From a candidate division FCPU426 bacterium (GTDB lineage Bacteria > Oederibacteriota > Muellerivitia > Muellerivitales > Muellerivitaceae): 64,000 nt of DNA. Shown here one piece after another: positions 63,362 to 64,000 of the stretch; position 1 is the stretch's first letter, and each line of letters begins with the position of its first letter. The DNA lies in contig CAWCKJ010000004.1 in NCBI GenBank assembly GCA_963796105.1, positions 1,248,001 to 1,312,000 of the forward strand, read 5' to 3'. A model generated the notes under the pieces. That model did no database searches, had not been told where the DNA came from, and saw only the letters and a program-made list of their open reading frames with translations. Made by a program: the position numbers and the translations under genes.

Positions 63362-63455
63362 AAAAAATCAATAGACCGCAGAGCATTGTGGATAAGTATG
63401 AAAATTCATCATGTTGTCAATCTGAATCCATCCCAATCATGTAAACTACCAATAA

Positions 63456-64000
63456 ATGAAAAAGAAATTCCGGATTTTTATAACAAGTGGTTTCGCGTTT
63501 TTATTGTCTCTTTGGAGTGTTTCTAGTTGCCTGGGCCAGGGTTTGGAGGGCGGTTGGCAGGGCTCCCTGGACGTGGGATTGGTGAAATTCCGGGCGGCCT
63601 TGGTCATCCAAAGGAATGACCAGGGGCAATACCAGGGATTTTTCAACAATATCGACGATGGCATTTACGAGAACCCGTTGCTCAAAGTCTCGGTTAAGGG
63701 AAACAAGTTCCGCGGAGAACTCGCGACCGGCGAGGTTTTGGATCTGGGTTTGAATTCCTCCGGCAACCGCTTGGAGGGAACTTACAAGCAGGCAGGCGGT
63801 TCCTTCCAGAAACCAGGCAAAATATCGCAGTTGTCCTTGAAGCGGGGGATGGACTACTTGGTTCCGCGCCTTGGGGCGGATGGAAAACCCGTGGGTCGCT
63901 ACCGGTACAAGGTGCCAAAAGACTTCCCGGATGGATGGGACTCCGGTGATCTCAGGGATTTTGGCGCGGATATAAAGCCAATCGAGATTGGCATCCAAAA
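63456..64000 (+). CDS. Secreted protein, probably serine hydrolase/beta-lactamase family (3' partial)
   Basis: Open frame MKKKFRIF...GGWQGSLDVG...YRYKVPKDFPDGWDSGDL running off the window end. Catalytic motifs are not within the window. Confidence 0.6.
   Translation, partial: MKKKFRIFITSGFAFLLSLWSVSSCLGQGLEGGWQGSLDVGLVKFRAALVIQRNDQGQYQGFFNNIDDGIYENPLLKVSVKGNKFRGELATGEVLDLGLNSSGNRLEGTYKQAGGSFQKPGKISQLSLKRGMDYLVPRLGADGKPVGRYRYKVPKDFPDGWDSGDLRDFGADIKPIEIGIQ

Noticed and set aside
63501..63998. 165-aa minus-strand ORF
   Set aside because: Antisense to a more credible plus-strand secreted-protein frame starting at 63456.

Overview
GC-rich bacterial chromosomal window. It probably comes from an uncultured, polysaccharide-degrading, Gram-negative lineage; this is inferred from Pro/Thr-repeat secreted proteins with a FlgD-Ig-like C-terminal domain, and the taxon cannot be fixed from sequence alone. 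In order it contains: a giant PT-repeat secreted protein, a GH44 and two GH43-malectin glycosidases; tRNA-Asn; a 6.6-kb IS4-bounded insertion flanked by a 9-bp target duplication, carrying a second IS4, an NHL lipoprotein, two tandem-repeat arrays and a truncated Y1/RAYT transposase; two fused MFS/spermidine-synthase paralogues; recR-ybaB-dnaX-ffs-tRNA-Ser-tRNA-Ala-tadA-tRNA-Arg; metH broken by five +1 insertions; a TMTC-like GT-C; an ECF sigma/anti-sigma pair; a heme A/O and Sco assembly cluster interrupted by a FitA/VapC module; and a TPM-NTase-LemA region studded with palindromic elements. The most unusual signal is a shared non-coding core downstream of three different tRNA genes (Asn, Ser, Arg). 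At each locus it sits between a direct and an inverted copy of that tRNA's own T-arm/3' end. Also notable are recoded duplicates of gene 3' ends (recR, ABC ATPase), nested palindromic MITE-like elements, and a highly conserved C-terminal sorting-like domain shared by two unrelated secreted proteins.
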